This document shows positions 1 through 9,577 of a stretch of 20,000 nt of DNA, piece after piece; positions within the stretch are counted from its first letter, which is position 1; each line of letters starts with the position of its first letter. Below the pieces are notes generated by a model that worked only from the letters and a program-made list of their open reading frames with translations, searched no databases and had not been told where the DNA came from. A program made the position numbers and the translations under genes. Origin of the DNA: Toensbergia leucococca (taxonomy: Eukaryota). The DNA lies in assembly GCA_022813965.1 (NCBI GenBank), contig JALDZS010000137.1, positions 45,319 through 65,318 of the forward strand. Direction: 5' to 3'.

Positions 1-381
1 GCGGCCGAATGCGCGCCCAATCACGTGCGGTCGCTCATCATGGCCCTGGCGCTCATGACGCAGTGGTTGTTCAATTTTGTCATCGCGAAGCTGACGCCTG
101 TGATGCTGGCGGATATCACTTATGGGACTTTTTTGCTCTTTGGGTCTTGCTGCGTGCTTATAGGCGTTTGGACTGTGTTTTGCGTGCCTGAGACGAGGGG
201 CGTGCCGCTCGAATCGATCGATGTGTTGTTTGAGGGGCATATTATCCGGGGATGCGTGGGGGATTGTATTCCGAAAAGAGCGAGGGCGAGAGGACTGAGG
301 GAGCATTCACGTGGTGTTGAAGGCGGTGTGGAGGAGATGTTTGATGATGAGAATGATTCGGCGGGGAAAGATGTGTTGTAG
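1..381 (+). CDS. MFS sugar-porter family transporter (quinate/hexose permease-like), 3' end only; 5' part lies outside the window
   Basis: Open frame from base 1: AAECAPNHVRSLIMALALMTQWLFNFVIAKLTPVML...YGTFLLFG...VFCVPETRGVPLESIDVLF, i.e. the TM10-TM12 'E..P...R' and 'PET(K/R)G..LE.ID.LF' sugar-porter signatures; stop TAG at 379-381. Confidence 0.9.
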   Translation, partial: AAECAPNHVRSLIMALALMTQWLFNFVIAKLTPVMLADITYGTFLLFGSCCVLIGVWTVFCVPETRGVPLESIDVLFEGHIIRGCVGDCIPKRARARGLREHSRGVEGGVEEMFDDENDSAGKDVL

Positions 382-821
382 AACACGTTGCGTGATTTGA
401 TGTTGGGGTGGATTTAATCGGAATGACTACACCGTTTTCCGGAATTAGATGTTCGGACCCTTTTGTATATGTTTTTGGGCTCCTACATCCCAATTTCGGA
501 TACTCCCTACACCCCCTCCCCCTAGTTCATACATGACGAGCGCCATATTAAAGCACCCGGCGCAATTTCGCGTGGGCAGAGGCGATGTTTTGTGACAACA
601 GACACACTCTTCATTCTTCGCTGTCATGTCTTTGCACTCCTCTGTCAGAAGAAGGAAGAGCTGTGTTTTACCTTTGTAAGCCCCTTCAAGCTTGGGGCTT
701 TAGAGACATGTAGGGTTTGTAGAGGAGATGTGTGATACCTTAGTCATGACTTATAAAGGTTTTAGAGTAGGATTGTGCAAGCTTGAGTGTTGAAAGTGTG
801 AGTATGATGGAATCTAAATGA

Positions 822-841
822 AAGAAGAAGAAGAAGAAGAA
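822..841. repeat. (GAA)n microsatellite in an AT-rich, CpG-free intergenic tract
   Basis: aaagaagaagaagaagaaga seen directly. Confidence 0.6.
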
Positions 842-1581
842 AATAAAAGAATGTTAAAGGTTGAAGGTGTTTTGAGTGAGGGGGGTAATTTTATCTATCT
901 CAATGATGATAAAATAAATGAGATTGATAAGATCTTTGTTCTGTTTTAAGATTATATTAGTATTAATAAAAGTGTCTTGACTTGCTAAGTCTGTCAAGTA
1001 ACTTTTCTTCTGATTCTATCTGTACAGAGCAGAACAGTGACAGTGCATACTAAAGATGCACAGTGTTACTGTAGTCAAGGCCTAAAAGATGATCATGACT
1101 GTTTGCTGTGTTTAACTTCAGAGCTTTTCACTCTCTTATGCGTCAGTGTAAGCATTGTTGATCATGCTGCTCTATGAAAAATCATCCCCATAAGAGATAC
1201 CACTGCAATATTTCATAGCGGCATTCTTGCCACAATCTTGACTCTCTTGGTGATTCTTGCAGGGTCACGCCTCTGCTGCTCTTTGTGCTCTGAGGCTCAG
1301 GGCTACCGTCTTGTTTGTGGCTAAGGCTCACAGTAATGGCATGACTACGCGGTGCGTCGTTCCTGCGACGAGGCCGGTAGAGCTGTATGCATAGTGACGT
1401 GATAGCTGAAGCTTTCAATGCCGATACAACGCATGCGGCTGGATTTGCACTGTGTTCAGAAGTGAGAAGGGCGAACTTGAAGCACTCTTCTTTGCTTTGA
1501 TACCAACTGGATTCGATTCAAGGCAAGCCATTGGTGCTAAGGGTCCAATTCGACACAGTAGGGTGACTCAGGATTTTATGC

Positions 1582-2632
1582 TCATTGGTCATGAGCCACA
1601 CCAAGCTTTTGCTTGTGTCGATTTGCCGGGTCAATGACAGCCCCGAAGGTGGGATTGACAAGCCAACCTGGTTCCATCAATCTCTTCGGGCTATGTTCTC
1701 CAGCCCACTGATCAATGGCGTCCCACTTCCGACAAAAGTGCGTTGCGGAAAAATTACCCAGTGGCATCCTTTGATTGTGACCCCAGCGCAGAGGAATGAG
1801 AGAGACGTCTCCGTTACACATGACGGATTGTCGAAGAACATCGAGACAGTGATGATTGTGCATACGATTATCGACCTTTTCGGACGCTGTGAGATTGGGT
1901 AGGTAGTGGTCCTCGTACATATAATGATGGAGTCGTTTCTGCGAACGGAACTATCAGCATATATACCAAGACAGAAGACGTCAAACACAGAGAGGCTCAC
2001 GATGCAATGTAATTGGTGATAGGCGAAGATCATGGCGAGATATCCTGACCCGTCTGGCAGGAGTATGGACTCATCGAGCACTCCCAGATCACGCATGGTC
2101 TCTGCTGGAACAGCGACGTTCGTATCTTGAAAGATGGAGAAATATTAGATTTGCAGGCCAGCATTTCCGATTTAATCATAAGGTAAAGATAGCTTCTGCT
2201 TACTTTCCAACAGCTTATGCCAAGCCTCGTCAAGTTCTTCTCTCGGCTCCCCGACAAACTTACTCTCCAAAGTTTGCGTTTTTAGGACTTTGAAATACAG
2301 CGACTCGTACTCGATAGCTTCTACCGCAGGAGCTGTTCATAGCTATCAGCGGATGATCCAGTGCTTTTCGAACCATTCGTACACATTGTTGTCTCATGAA
2401 TCCGAAGACCTCGCCAAGCATCGCTTGCCCAGATGGTGAATAGAATCATGTTCACAAGGAGCAATGCGCAATGGCCCATCAACAATGCTACCCATCGACG
2501 TCGACCTCTTGCCCGAGAGCTAGAATGCATCGTTTCGTCCTGTGCGAGGAGGGGATCGTTGGATGAAACAATTCCATCGTCCCCAAAATCACTGCTCTCC
2601 TTCTCACCACCATCAAGAGATTGAAGTGCCAT
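1582..2632 (-). CDS. DUF3328 / UstYa-like oxidase (mycotoxin biosynthesis protein UstYa family), ~286 aa, 4 exons
   Basis: Exons 2632-2383, 2332-2204, 2125-2001, 1938-1582 (GT..AG introns; 861 nt in frame). N-terminal TM anchor (RRRWVALLMGHCALLLVNMILFTIW), then SPAVEAIEYE...FVGEPREELDEAWHKLL, first HxxHC motif (YHQLHC), second HxxHC motif (HNHHCLDVLRQSVMCNGD), and HFCRKWDAIDQW, all characteristic of DUF3328. Confidence 0.95.
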
Positions 2633-3350
2633 TGAACGAGATGTGATAGATTCACGATAATGGTCAAAGTGCCCAAGGAAGAGATTTGTGCTAGCATTAA
2701 AGCACTCGTATCAATGTGAAGGCAGGCGAGACTTCTAGCAATACGTCACTGCCGATTGTCATGAATACAGACTATGATAGACTCGACGGGATTGCAACCA
2801 GGAGAAGCTACCTCAACGATGAAGTCTTCTTCCCGCATCGATATCTAATATACAAGCCGACTACGTCACAACCGTTATGTGCTACATCCAGGGAATATGA
2901 TTGGCGGTATTGAAATGCTTCGCAGCAGCATAATGTGCCTACACCCAATGGGAAAGGGAAAGATAGTAGGAAAGATTGTTTGCCGTCGAGGCTCCGATAG
3001 ACTATCAATGTGACCTCAAAGTCTGTGGGAAACCCTGCTTTCGAGGTATGAATATGAACTCACCCTCGAGACACCTTCCTAGAAAGGCAGGAGAGTGGTG
3101 CTCAAGCGCTGACCAGCCGTCGCCATCATGCAGCCATGACGAAACGCCGCACATCAGCTGTTGCGGCTTCGGAGATCAAATTGAAAGGAGTCGAGAAAAT
3201 ATATTGCTTGCTAGACAATTCAAAGAGGGAATGCTTAAGAACAAAAGCCGAGCTTACAACACCAACTTCACGAATCTTTCTCTCGACTGATAGCTAACCA
3301 ATATACCGAGAAACGATCGAAAAACATAAAACTAAGTTAAGCCTCACAAC
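2633..3350. promoter_or_regulatory. Putative bidirectional promoter shared by the UstYa-like gene and the repeat precursor gene
   Basis: 718 bp separate the two divergent ATGs (2632 on -, 3351 on +). No credible gene in between. No specific binding site identified. Confidence 0.5.
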
Positions 3351-3722
3351 ATGCACTTCACCAAGATATCATTCGCCGTCCTTGCGCTCCTTGTTACTAC
3401 ACAAGCTCTTCCCATAATCAATGGTATGTGTCAGTGATGAACGATACATCTAGTTGAGCTATAGGACCTGATGACAACTGCAGCTCCGGAGAGCTCAATT
3501 ACTGGCCGCGATGTAAACACAGAGGCCAAACGCGCCGATGACGGAGACGAGATCTGGTCACAACGCCGGGCAGCAATCACTGAACGCGATGTAAATACAG
3601 AGGCTAAACGAGCCGACGACGGTGACGAGATCTGGTCACAACGCCGTGCAACAATTCCTGTCCGCGATATAAAAACAGAAGCCAAACGAGCCGACGACGG
3701 CGACGAGATCTGGTCGCAGTGA
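3351..3722 (+). CDS. Secreted Kex2-processed repeat protein (KEP), putative RiPP precursor (ustA-like architecture), 103 aa, 2 exons
   Basis: Exon 1 3351-3423 encodes a signal peptide MHFTKISFAVLALLVTTQA-LPIIN; intron 3424-3483 (gtatgt...ctgcag); exon 2 3484-3722 reads APESSITG-RDVNTEAKRADDGDEIWSQRRAAITE-RDVNTEAKRADDGDEIWSQRRATIPV-RDIKTEAKRADDGDEIWSQ*. Dibasic KR/RR sites flank an identical decapeptide three times. Confidence 0.93.
3507..3719 (+). repeat. Coding tandem repeat, 78-nt (26-aa) period, 3 copies
   Basis: cgcgat(g/a)taaa starts at 3507, 3585 and 3663; core decapeptides at 3534-3563, 3612-3641 and 3690-3719. Confidence 0.95.
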
Positions 3723-3799
3723 CGGGTAAAATGAAGCGACGACAAAGATGGAGGTCTGGGGTCAAGGGCCAGCTAGCCAAAGCAAAGTAAAGATAGATG

Positions 3800-4600
3800 T
3801 ACGAGGTCCCCTTAAAAGTACATAAAATATCTTGCAGAGAATGTTTGCCAACGTGTCCCTTCCAGCTAACAGTAGATTCAATGATTGATCCCGGATAAGC
3901 TAGGCATCATGATTCTGCGCAACTAATGCTTGGTAGATGGTACCACCATCATCCTTTTCAAAGTCCCGGTCACAAGCCTCCGATTTGCTTGCTGTCTCCC
4001 TGATTAGAGTATCAGCAGTCATAGACCACAGAGCCGGTCATCCTAAATTCTTGGCCTCCCATCAGCCAGTACAGTTCTCTTAATCTACCTTGTCTAGCTA
4101 TGCAAGTCGATGCTGCATCAAAGGCTTTGCCAAAGTTTGTGCTACCTTTGCGACGTAGCTCTTCTTCGCTATTTCTCATGGAGTTCACCGATTTGCCGAA
4201 CAGGATGTCGGTAAAGATGTCAACGGTTTGAGAGAAGAAAAGAGGTTTCAATTTTACTGTTTATACATTTTCTTCACCTGCGTTTGTTGCCTTTCGAAGC
4301 GTAGTTTTTAAATGCCTCATGTTTTTCTAAAAGCTTGAAATCAGTCCTATCTTTCTAGGCAAGAAAAGGTCTCAGGAGCCGTTGAGACTTCTCCCACTCC
4401 GGCCCATCTTGTGTGAAAATGCCGTGGCCTAGAAGAGAATATCAATTCCCTTGCCTGTCAGGCCCAAGCTTGAAATCTGGAGCCACCTCAGCCTGCAGTG
4501 TATAGATGAAGAACTACGTAACATGTAATTATTGATCATCAAACTGACTTTGAAACATAGCTCAGACGTTCTCAAGATGTCAATTGATGATGGTATATTT
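3800..4600 (-). pseudogene. Cytochrome P450 pseudogene fragment (CYP52 clan), with stops and frameshifts, lacking the heme-binding C-terminal half
   Basis: Minus strand reads ...LENV*AMFQSQFD...DFKLGPDRQGN*YSLLGHGIFTQDGPEWEKSQRLLRPFLA*...LKPLFFSQTVDIFTDILFGKSVNS...(frameshift)...HDA*LIRDQSLNLLLAGRDTLANIL (I-helix AGRDT at 3852-3866). In-frame stops at e.g. 4442-4444 and 4355-4357. No ExxR/PERW/heme motif follows. Boundaries approximate. Confidence 0.85.
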
Positions 4601-5445
4601 TCCTATTTCGCCATATTGTGCATAAGTGTCATGATGCAATTCATGCTCAGATAGCATAGAAGCAGGGAGTCAACTCGGGCGCTCTGCTACTATCACTTTT
4701 TCAGCTTGTTAAGACTGCAGGGTGAGATCGGTGAGTTGGGGAGGAAGCTTGACGGGAGCTTGACAGGTTCACATCTATGGGCAGACGCATAGACAGTGTC
4801 AATTCAACAGTGTATTGATTGAAAAATGGGTATAGATAGTGAAGAATAGAGCATTTACGCCACACTGACGCGGTATCTTGACAATGGCTCAATAGAATTG
4901 AAAATGAGGTACACAGTGATAGTTCAAAGGTCAAGGTCAGTCAAGGCTAAAATCATTCTATCTTAAGTTAATAGTGATAAATTCATGCAGAAGGAGAGGG
5001 AAAATGCTTCAGTCTCTGTTAAGTTGAAGCTGCTGAGGCATAGGATCAAAGAAGTGCGGCGAAAGGCCTCATATTCATATTGATGGAACAAGGCTATGTA
5101 CGGATACGGCAGACGCGGGCCCATTACCCCTGAAGCCTGGAAAGAGGAAGGATCAGCTCGGATAGTAGGAGGAGGGAGGTTTCATGTGGATTTAATTGTC
5201 CGTGAATGGGGGTGGGGTTCCTCAAATGCCGAGTGCCAAAAACAGGTTATCGATCAAATCCTGCCCCGCCTCCCCACCTCCCACCAATCATGTCGCCTCG
5301 CCCCCACTATCACTCAAGCCTTCCCACACTCCCCCACTCGTCCTCCACAATCCTCACAACCTCCACAACACCAGCACCTCAAAACCTAATCCAAAAACAA
5401 ATCCATCACACATCCCAAAAACTCACATCCTACAAACCCTAAACA

Positions 5446-6055
5446 ATGGAAGGCGCAATGGAAGACGGCGTTGCCAACCAAGGTCCGCAACTCATCGTTT
5501 CTCCCTCCAGTCAGGCAGCGGCCAGAAAAACCCAGCACACCCAAATCAATCAACCAGAGTAAGAAAAGCTAACCTCTTCCCTGTGCGGCTATCATAGAGA
5601 TCAACAAGCTCGCCGGAGACGCCGGTCTCCCGTCTGGCATGGACGGAGTCATCGATAAAGAGGCAGATCAGTATATTGGCGGGGCAGCCAGCACCGGCAA
5701 CTCTGGTGGCCAGGGAGGTGTGGCCAATACTATGGAGGATGGGATGGTGAATCAGGGTCAGTTGGTCTTGTCTCACAATCTTTCTTTTTCGTGATGGAGG
5801 AATGGTCGTTTTGGGTTGTGGTTTTGGATGTACGAGAGAGAGGTCGTCAATCATTCTTCCCTACAATAGCTCGCTCTCTCGCCAAGCCTCCAACCAACCC
5901 AAGAAGAAACAGAAACCACAAAGAGCCGCACTCGCTAACCCATTCCATATACTTTCACAGAAGCCAACGACGTAGCCAGCGACTTCGGCGTTCCCAAAAT
6001 GGCCGATGGAGTCGTGGACAAGGAGGTCGATCAGGAGGCCAACAAATTCCTATGA
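5446..6055 (+). CDS. Small acidic two-repeat protein of unknown function, 96 aa, 3 exons
   Basis: Exons 5446-5482, 5598-5756, 5961-6055 (introns gtccgc..gctaac..tag and gtcagt..gctaac..cag) give MEGAMEDGVANQEINKLAGDAGLPSGMDGVIDKEADQYIGGAASTGNSGGQGGVANTMEDGMVNQEANDVASDFGVPKMADGVVDKEVDQEANKFL*. Good start context (aaacaATG) after a C/A-rich 5' leader. Confidence 0.8.
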
Positions 6056-6866
6056 TCATGAAGTCATCATAGGGAGATGCAATATGCATGATGGGCAATG
6101 ATGGGGTAAGGGCAACCCGTGGGTTTTGTGAGTGTGTCTGCTAGATGAACTGAAACTGACTAGGGATTGAAATGAAACTATTAGTGCTCTGATGCGTGGC
6201 AGCGGTTGCTATTATAGAGGGACTTTGAAGCGTGGGGCATGTCAATTAGGAAGTTACTTTCATTACATAGAATAGCTGAGAAATAGCAGATTGAAGCAAA
6301 ACAAGCTCTTCAGCCTGTCAATAACATGCCTTTATTCTCAAACCTCAAACTCTCACACCTTCACTCAATGATCTTTTTTAAGCAATTCAACTCTCTTTGA
6401 CATCTAGCAGTGATCTGTAGAATGTATCAAACTCCCCTCAATCACCTCATCACACCTCTACCTCACCTTTCTCTAAAAAGAGTTCCCTTACCCTTCTGTT
6501 TCTTATAAAGCATGCAAACAGATAAAAACAGAAAAAGAAGAGAAGGAATTACAAGTCATTAAGGACAAAGAGCTGCTTAAAGAAAGGGTTCGACGTATTC
6601 TACGGCACTTCGTGCAGGCACTCAAGACACAATTAGGCGCTTAATGATTTAATGCGGCTATTTTTCAGGCCCATCGACTACCCAAAGCACCACCAGGACT
6701 CTCCGGCCTCTTACCATTGAATGCCCTCTCTACATTCTATATTTTACCCGCTACCGCATATATACTTGACCATGCCTCGGCTACGATGGTTCATTATCCA
6801 TATACCGCTGTATTGTGCTGACGACCCCCGTTGAGAGCCCGTTTCTCAACCTCTATTGTCGTTATT

Positions 6867-8701
6867 ATGCAAGAAAATCGACGCCTGTTCGTCTCAGAAA
6901 TTCTTCAAAGGGCCTCTTTACTTTCCGTTGTGCTTGCTGTATGCTGTGCTTATGTTCTCTACATTGTGGTGGAGAAGTACCTTGAATATCGTGTAAGCAG
7001 CAAGCCGGGAAAAGTATTGCGCTTTCTCATGTTTATGTATCGTAGGCAGATACTGCATTCGGTCTCCGTCATGGCTGCCTACCTCCCCTACAGATTCCAA
7101 ATCGATGGCCTCTAGGTCTCGAATGGATAAGGAGACTTTGGCACTGGGACTCTAAGCAACATTTGCTACAATTCTTATCTTCTGTCGCTGATGACTACGA
7201 ACCCCGTACAATGCTTTCACAATACCTATTGTTCGGACCTCGTACCTTCCATATTTCGTCACCAAAGAACGTGGAAGCTGTCTTATCTACCAACTTCCAA
7301 GGTATGTGCTCTCCAACCATGTAATGCATCTCCTTCCAGAACGATATCCAATTTCGTTCTATAGACTATGGCTTTGGAGTCCGACATGGTGTCTTCTCGC
7401 CACTATTGGGTAATGGCATTTTCACACAAGAGGGACCGGCTTGGAAACATTCGAGAGAGCTTCTACGGAATCAATTCGTTCGAACGCAGTACCAGAATTT
7501 GGAACAATTTCGTGAACACGTCAACAATTTGCTAGCATGTTTACCTACCTCGAAGGGAGTCATTGATTTGCAACCGCTTTTTTTCAAGCTTACACTTGAC
7601 ACCACAACCGCTTTACTATTAGGACAATCAATTCATAGTCTCCAGGCCGAGGAGATTGCTGACACTGGGCTCAAGGCCTTTGCCGCGAGCTGGGATACAG
7701 CGTCAGGGGACCTAGCAAAACGCTATCGACTTGCTCCATTGCACTTTCTTTATGACACTCCCCAGTTCAGACGCGCATGCACTGAAGTCCACCATTTTGT
7801 AGACGGGTATATTCAAGAGCGAGACGAGAAGAGAAACAATAACCCGCAAGTACAACCATTAGATAGTTTTCTTGATCAAATATCGCAGGAGTCTACCAGT
7901 CACACAATGGTTCGCGATCACCTGCTTAATATCTTACTCGCAGGACGAGATACAACTGCTTGCTGTCTATCGTGGACAATGTGCGTATATCCCCAATACG
8001 TTCGCACAGCTCGATGATTCCCTTCTAATGACTGTCTGTGCCTTACATTCCAGCCGTCTTTTAATCCGCCATCCTTCAGTAATGGAGCGTCTACGAAAGG
8101 AGGTTCACTCAGTGCTTAGTGACGAAGAGCATCCAACTCGGGAGAAGATCCGAAAGATGCCATATCTTGCTCTAGTCATCAAAGAAAGTGCGAACCTCAC
8201 TTTCGCCCCAAGATTCCATGCCGCTAACCTCGCTCTTTAGGCCTTCGCCTGTTTCCACCGGTACCCATGAACAACCGAACGGCCACCAAAACCACCATTC
8301 TGCCAACGGGTGGGGGCCCAGATGGTACCGCCCCTATTCTTGTCCGTCGTGGCGAGCTCGTTGCCTTTGGGCAGTATGTCCTGTCCCGACGAAAGAACAT
8401 CTACGGGCCTGACGCCGACAAATTCCGCCCTGAGCGTTGGGAGGGACACGAGCCTGGGATTATGTCCGGTTGGGCATATTTTCCATTTCATGGTGGTCCA
8501 AGAGCATGTCTCGGCCAGGACTTTGCGCTGATGGAAGTATCCTACACAGTAGTGAGGCTATTGCAGGCTTTTCCGATCATTGAGTTGCCAGCGGATGAGA
8601 AGCGAAGCGAGATGATTGGTTCCGAGAGACAACGACTTACTTTGGTGCTCTCAAGTGCTGATGGATGCCGAGTTGAGCTTGATCGCGAATCCAAAAGATG
8701 A
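6867..8701 (+). CDS. Cytochrome P450 monooxygenase, CYP52 clan (alkane/fatty-acid hydroxylase-like), ~530 aa, 5 exons
   Basis: Exons 6867-6992, 7046-7301, 7365-7980, 8054-8187, 8241-8701 (1593 nt in frame). N-terminal TM, PKNVEAVLSTNF, LLGNGIFTQEGPAWKHSRELLR, I-helix LLAGRDTT, K-helix ESLR (split by intron), PERW, heme motif FHGGPRACLG. Confidence 0.95.
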
Positions 8702-8894
8702 TACATGAAGGACTGTGGTCCGCGAGAGGAATTTTGAAAGGACGAAAATTTGAAACGATGCTTTTGTGCTTGTGTTTTTTGCATTGACACGATCAAGGAA
8801 GAAGGAAAAGAACTTTTTCTCAGATTATCTTACACAGATTGGTTGAAGCTCAGGGTTAACTATTGATCAAAGTTGAAAAAAAAAAAAGTCCTAC

Positions 8895-9577
8895 TATCTC
8901 TCATTTATTTAGCGTATGCAAAATCCTATAGGCAAATTAAGATTTTTTGCAATTTTTTTCCCCCCCTTCTTGAATTCATATGATAATAATCAACAAACTA
9001 TCAATTTATCATCATATTCACTAAGTAATTCACCTCAATTAAGTATATATCTGAGGTCATACACACTCTTATTCATGCCTCTCAAACACTGATAGAAGAT
9101 GTAGGATTCAGAATGATATAAGTGAGGGGTGAAGGGTTTCAGATCAGTATTTTTAATCATAAGAAACTCATGTGATTTTATCTCCCTTGATTTCTTGGTT
9201 GTAAAAGTTCTGAGATAGTAGTCAATTGCGCTCAGTATCCTTACTAATATCTTTCATTGTTTTGATCAACAGTGAAAGTTTCATGGTGACTTGATTTACC
9301 TAGGTCTTTGGTTGAAAGATGCTCACTTTTGACTCCTGACAATTTGTCACCTCAGAGTAAAAGGCATAAATAAGTGTGTATGACCTTTGATATATCTAAT
9401 CGAGGGGAATTTGCTGAGAATATGATGATATACTAGTAGTGATGTGATGATGATGATTGATAGTTTGTAGATTATACCATTTCAAAAATTCAAAAAGGGG
9501 GGAAAACACAAAAAAAATTGTGGAAAATCTGATTTTGCCTCGGAGATTTTTGCACACGCCATATAGAATGAATAGAT
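8895..9577. mobile_element. MITE/foldback-like element: ~190-215 bp imperfect inverted repeats around a ~280 bp spacer
   Basis: Left arm ~8895-9080 (...gcgtatgcaaaatcctataggcaaattaagattt...caaactatcaat...ggtcatacacactcttattcatgcct) matches the reverse complement of right arm ~9362-9577 (aggcataaataagtgtgtatgacc...attgatagtttg...aaatctgattttgcctcggagatttttgcacacgc). AT-rich, non-coding. No TSD resolved. Confidence 0.6.

Noticed and set aside
1..381. Sugar-porter gene as the RiPP exporter
   Set aside because: Sugar-porter family members are usually importers, and it is separated from the pair by an AT-rich relic; only proximity supports it.
1182..1580. Possible missing 3' half of the P450 pseudogene on the far side of the UstYa gene
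   Set aside because: No ExxR, PERW or FxxGxRxCxG remnants found in the minus-strand translations I examined.
3507..3719. Repeat-spacer pattern as a CRISPR-like array
   Set aside because: Eukaryotic context, 78-nt in-frame period, only synonymous variation in the conserved part, related rather than unique spacers, no cas genes.
3351..3722. Precursor as an alpha-factor-like mating pheromone (ppg1/ppgA type)
   Set aside because: Pezizomycotina alpha-type pheromones have Cys/Trp cores of the WC...GQPC type and Ste13 X-A/X-P dipeptide runs after KR. This core is acidic and Cys-free, and the adjacent DUF3328 gene favours a RiPP.
3431..3745. Minus-strand 104-aa repeat ORF (CDQISSPSSARLASVF x3)
   Set aside because: Antisense shadow of the precursor; the + strand has the signal peptide, intron and dibasic sites.
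5096..6072. ORF-track proteins 5096-5389, 5196-5597, 5206-5442, 5546-5854, 5791-6072
   Set aside because: Low-complexity UTR/intron read-throughs; the spliced 5446-6055 model explains the region better.
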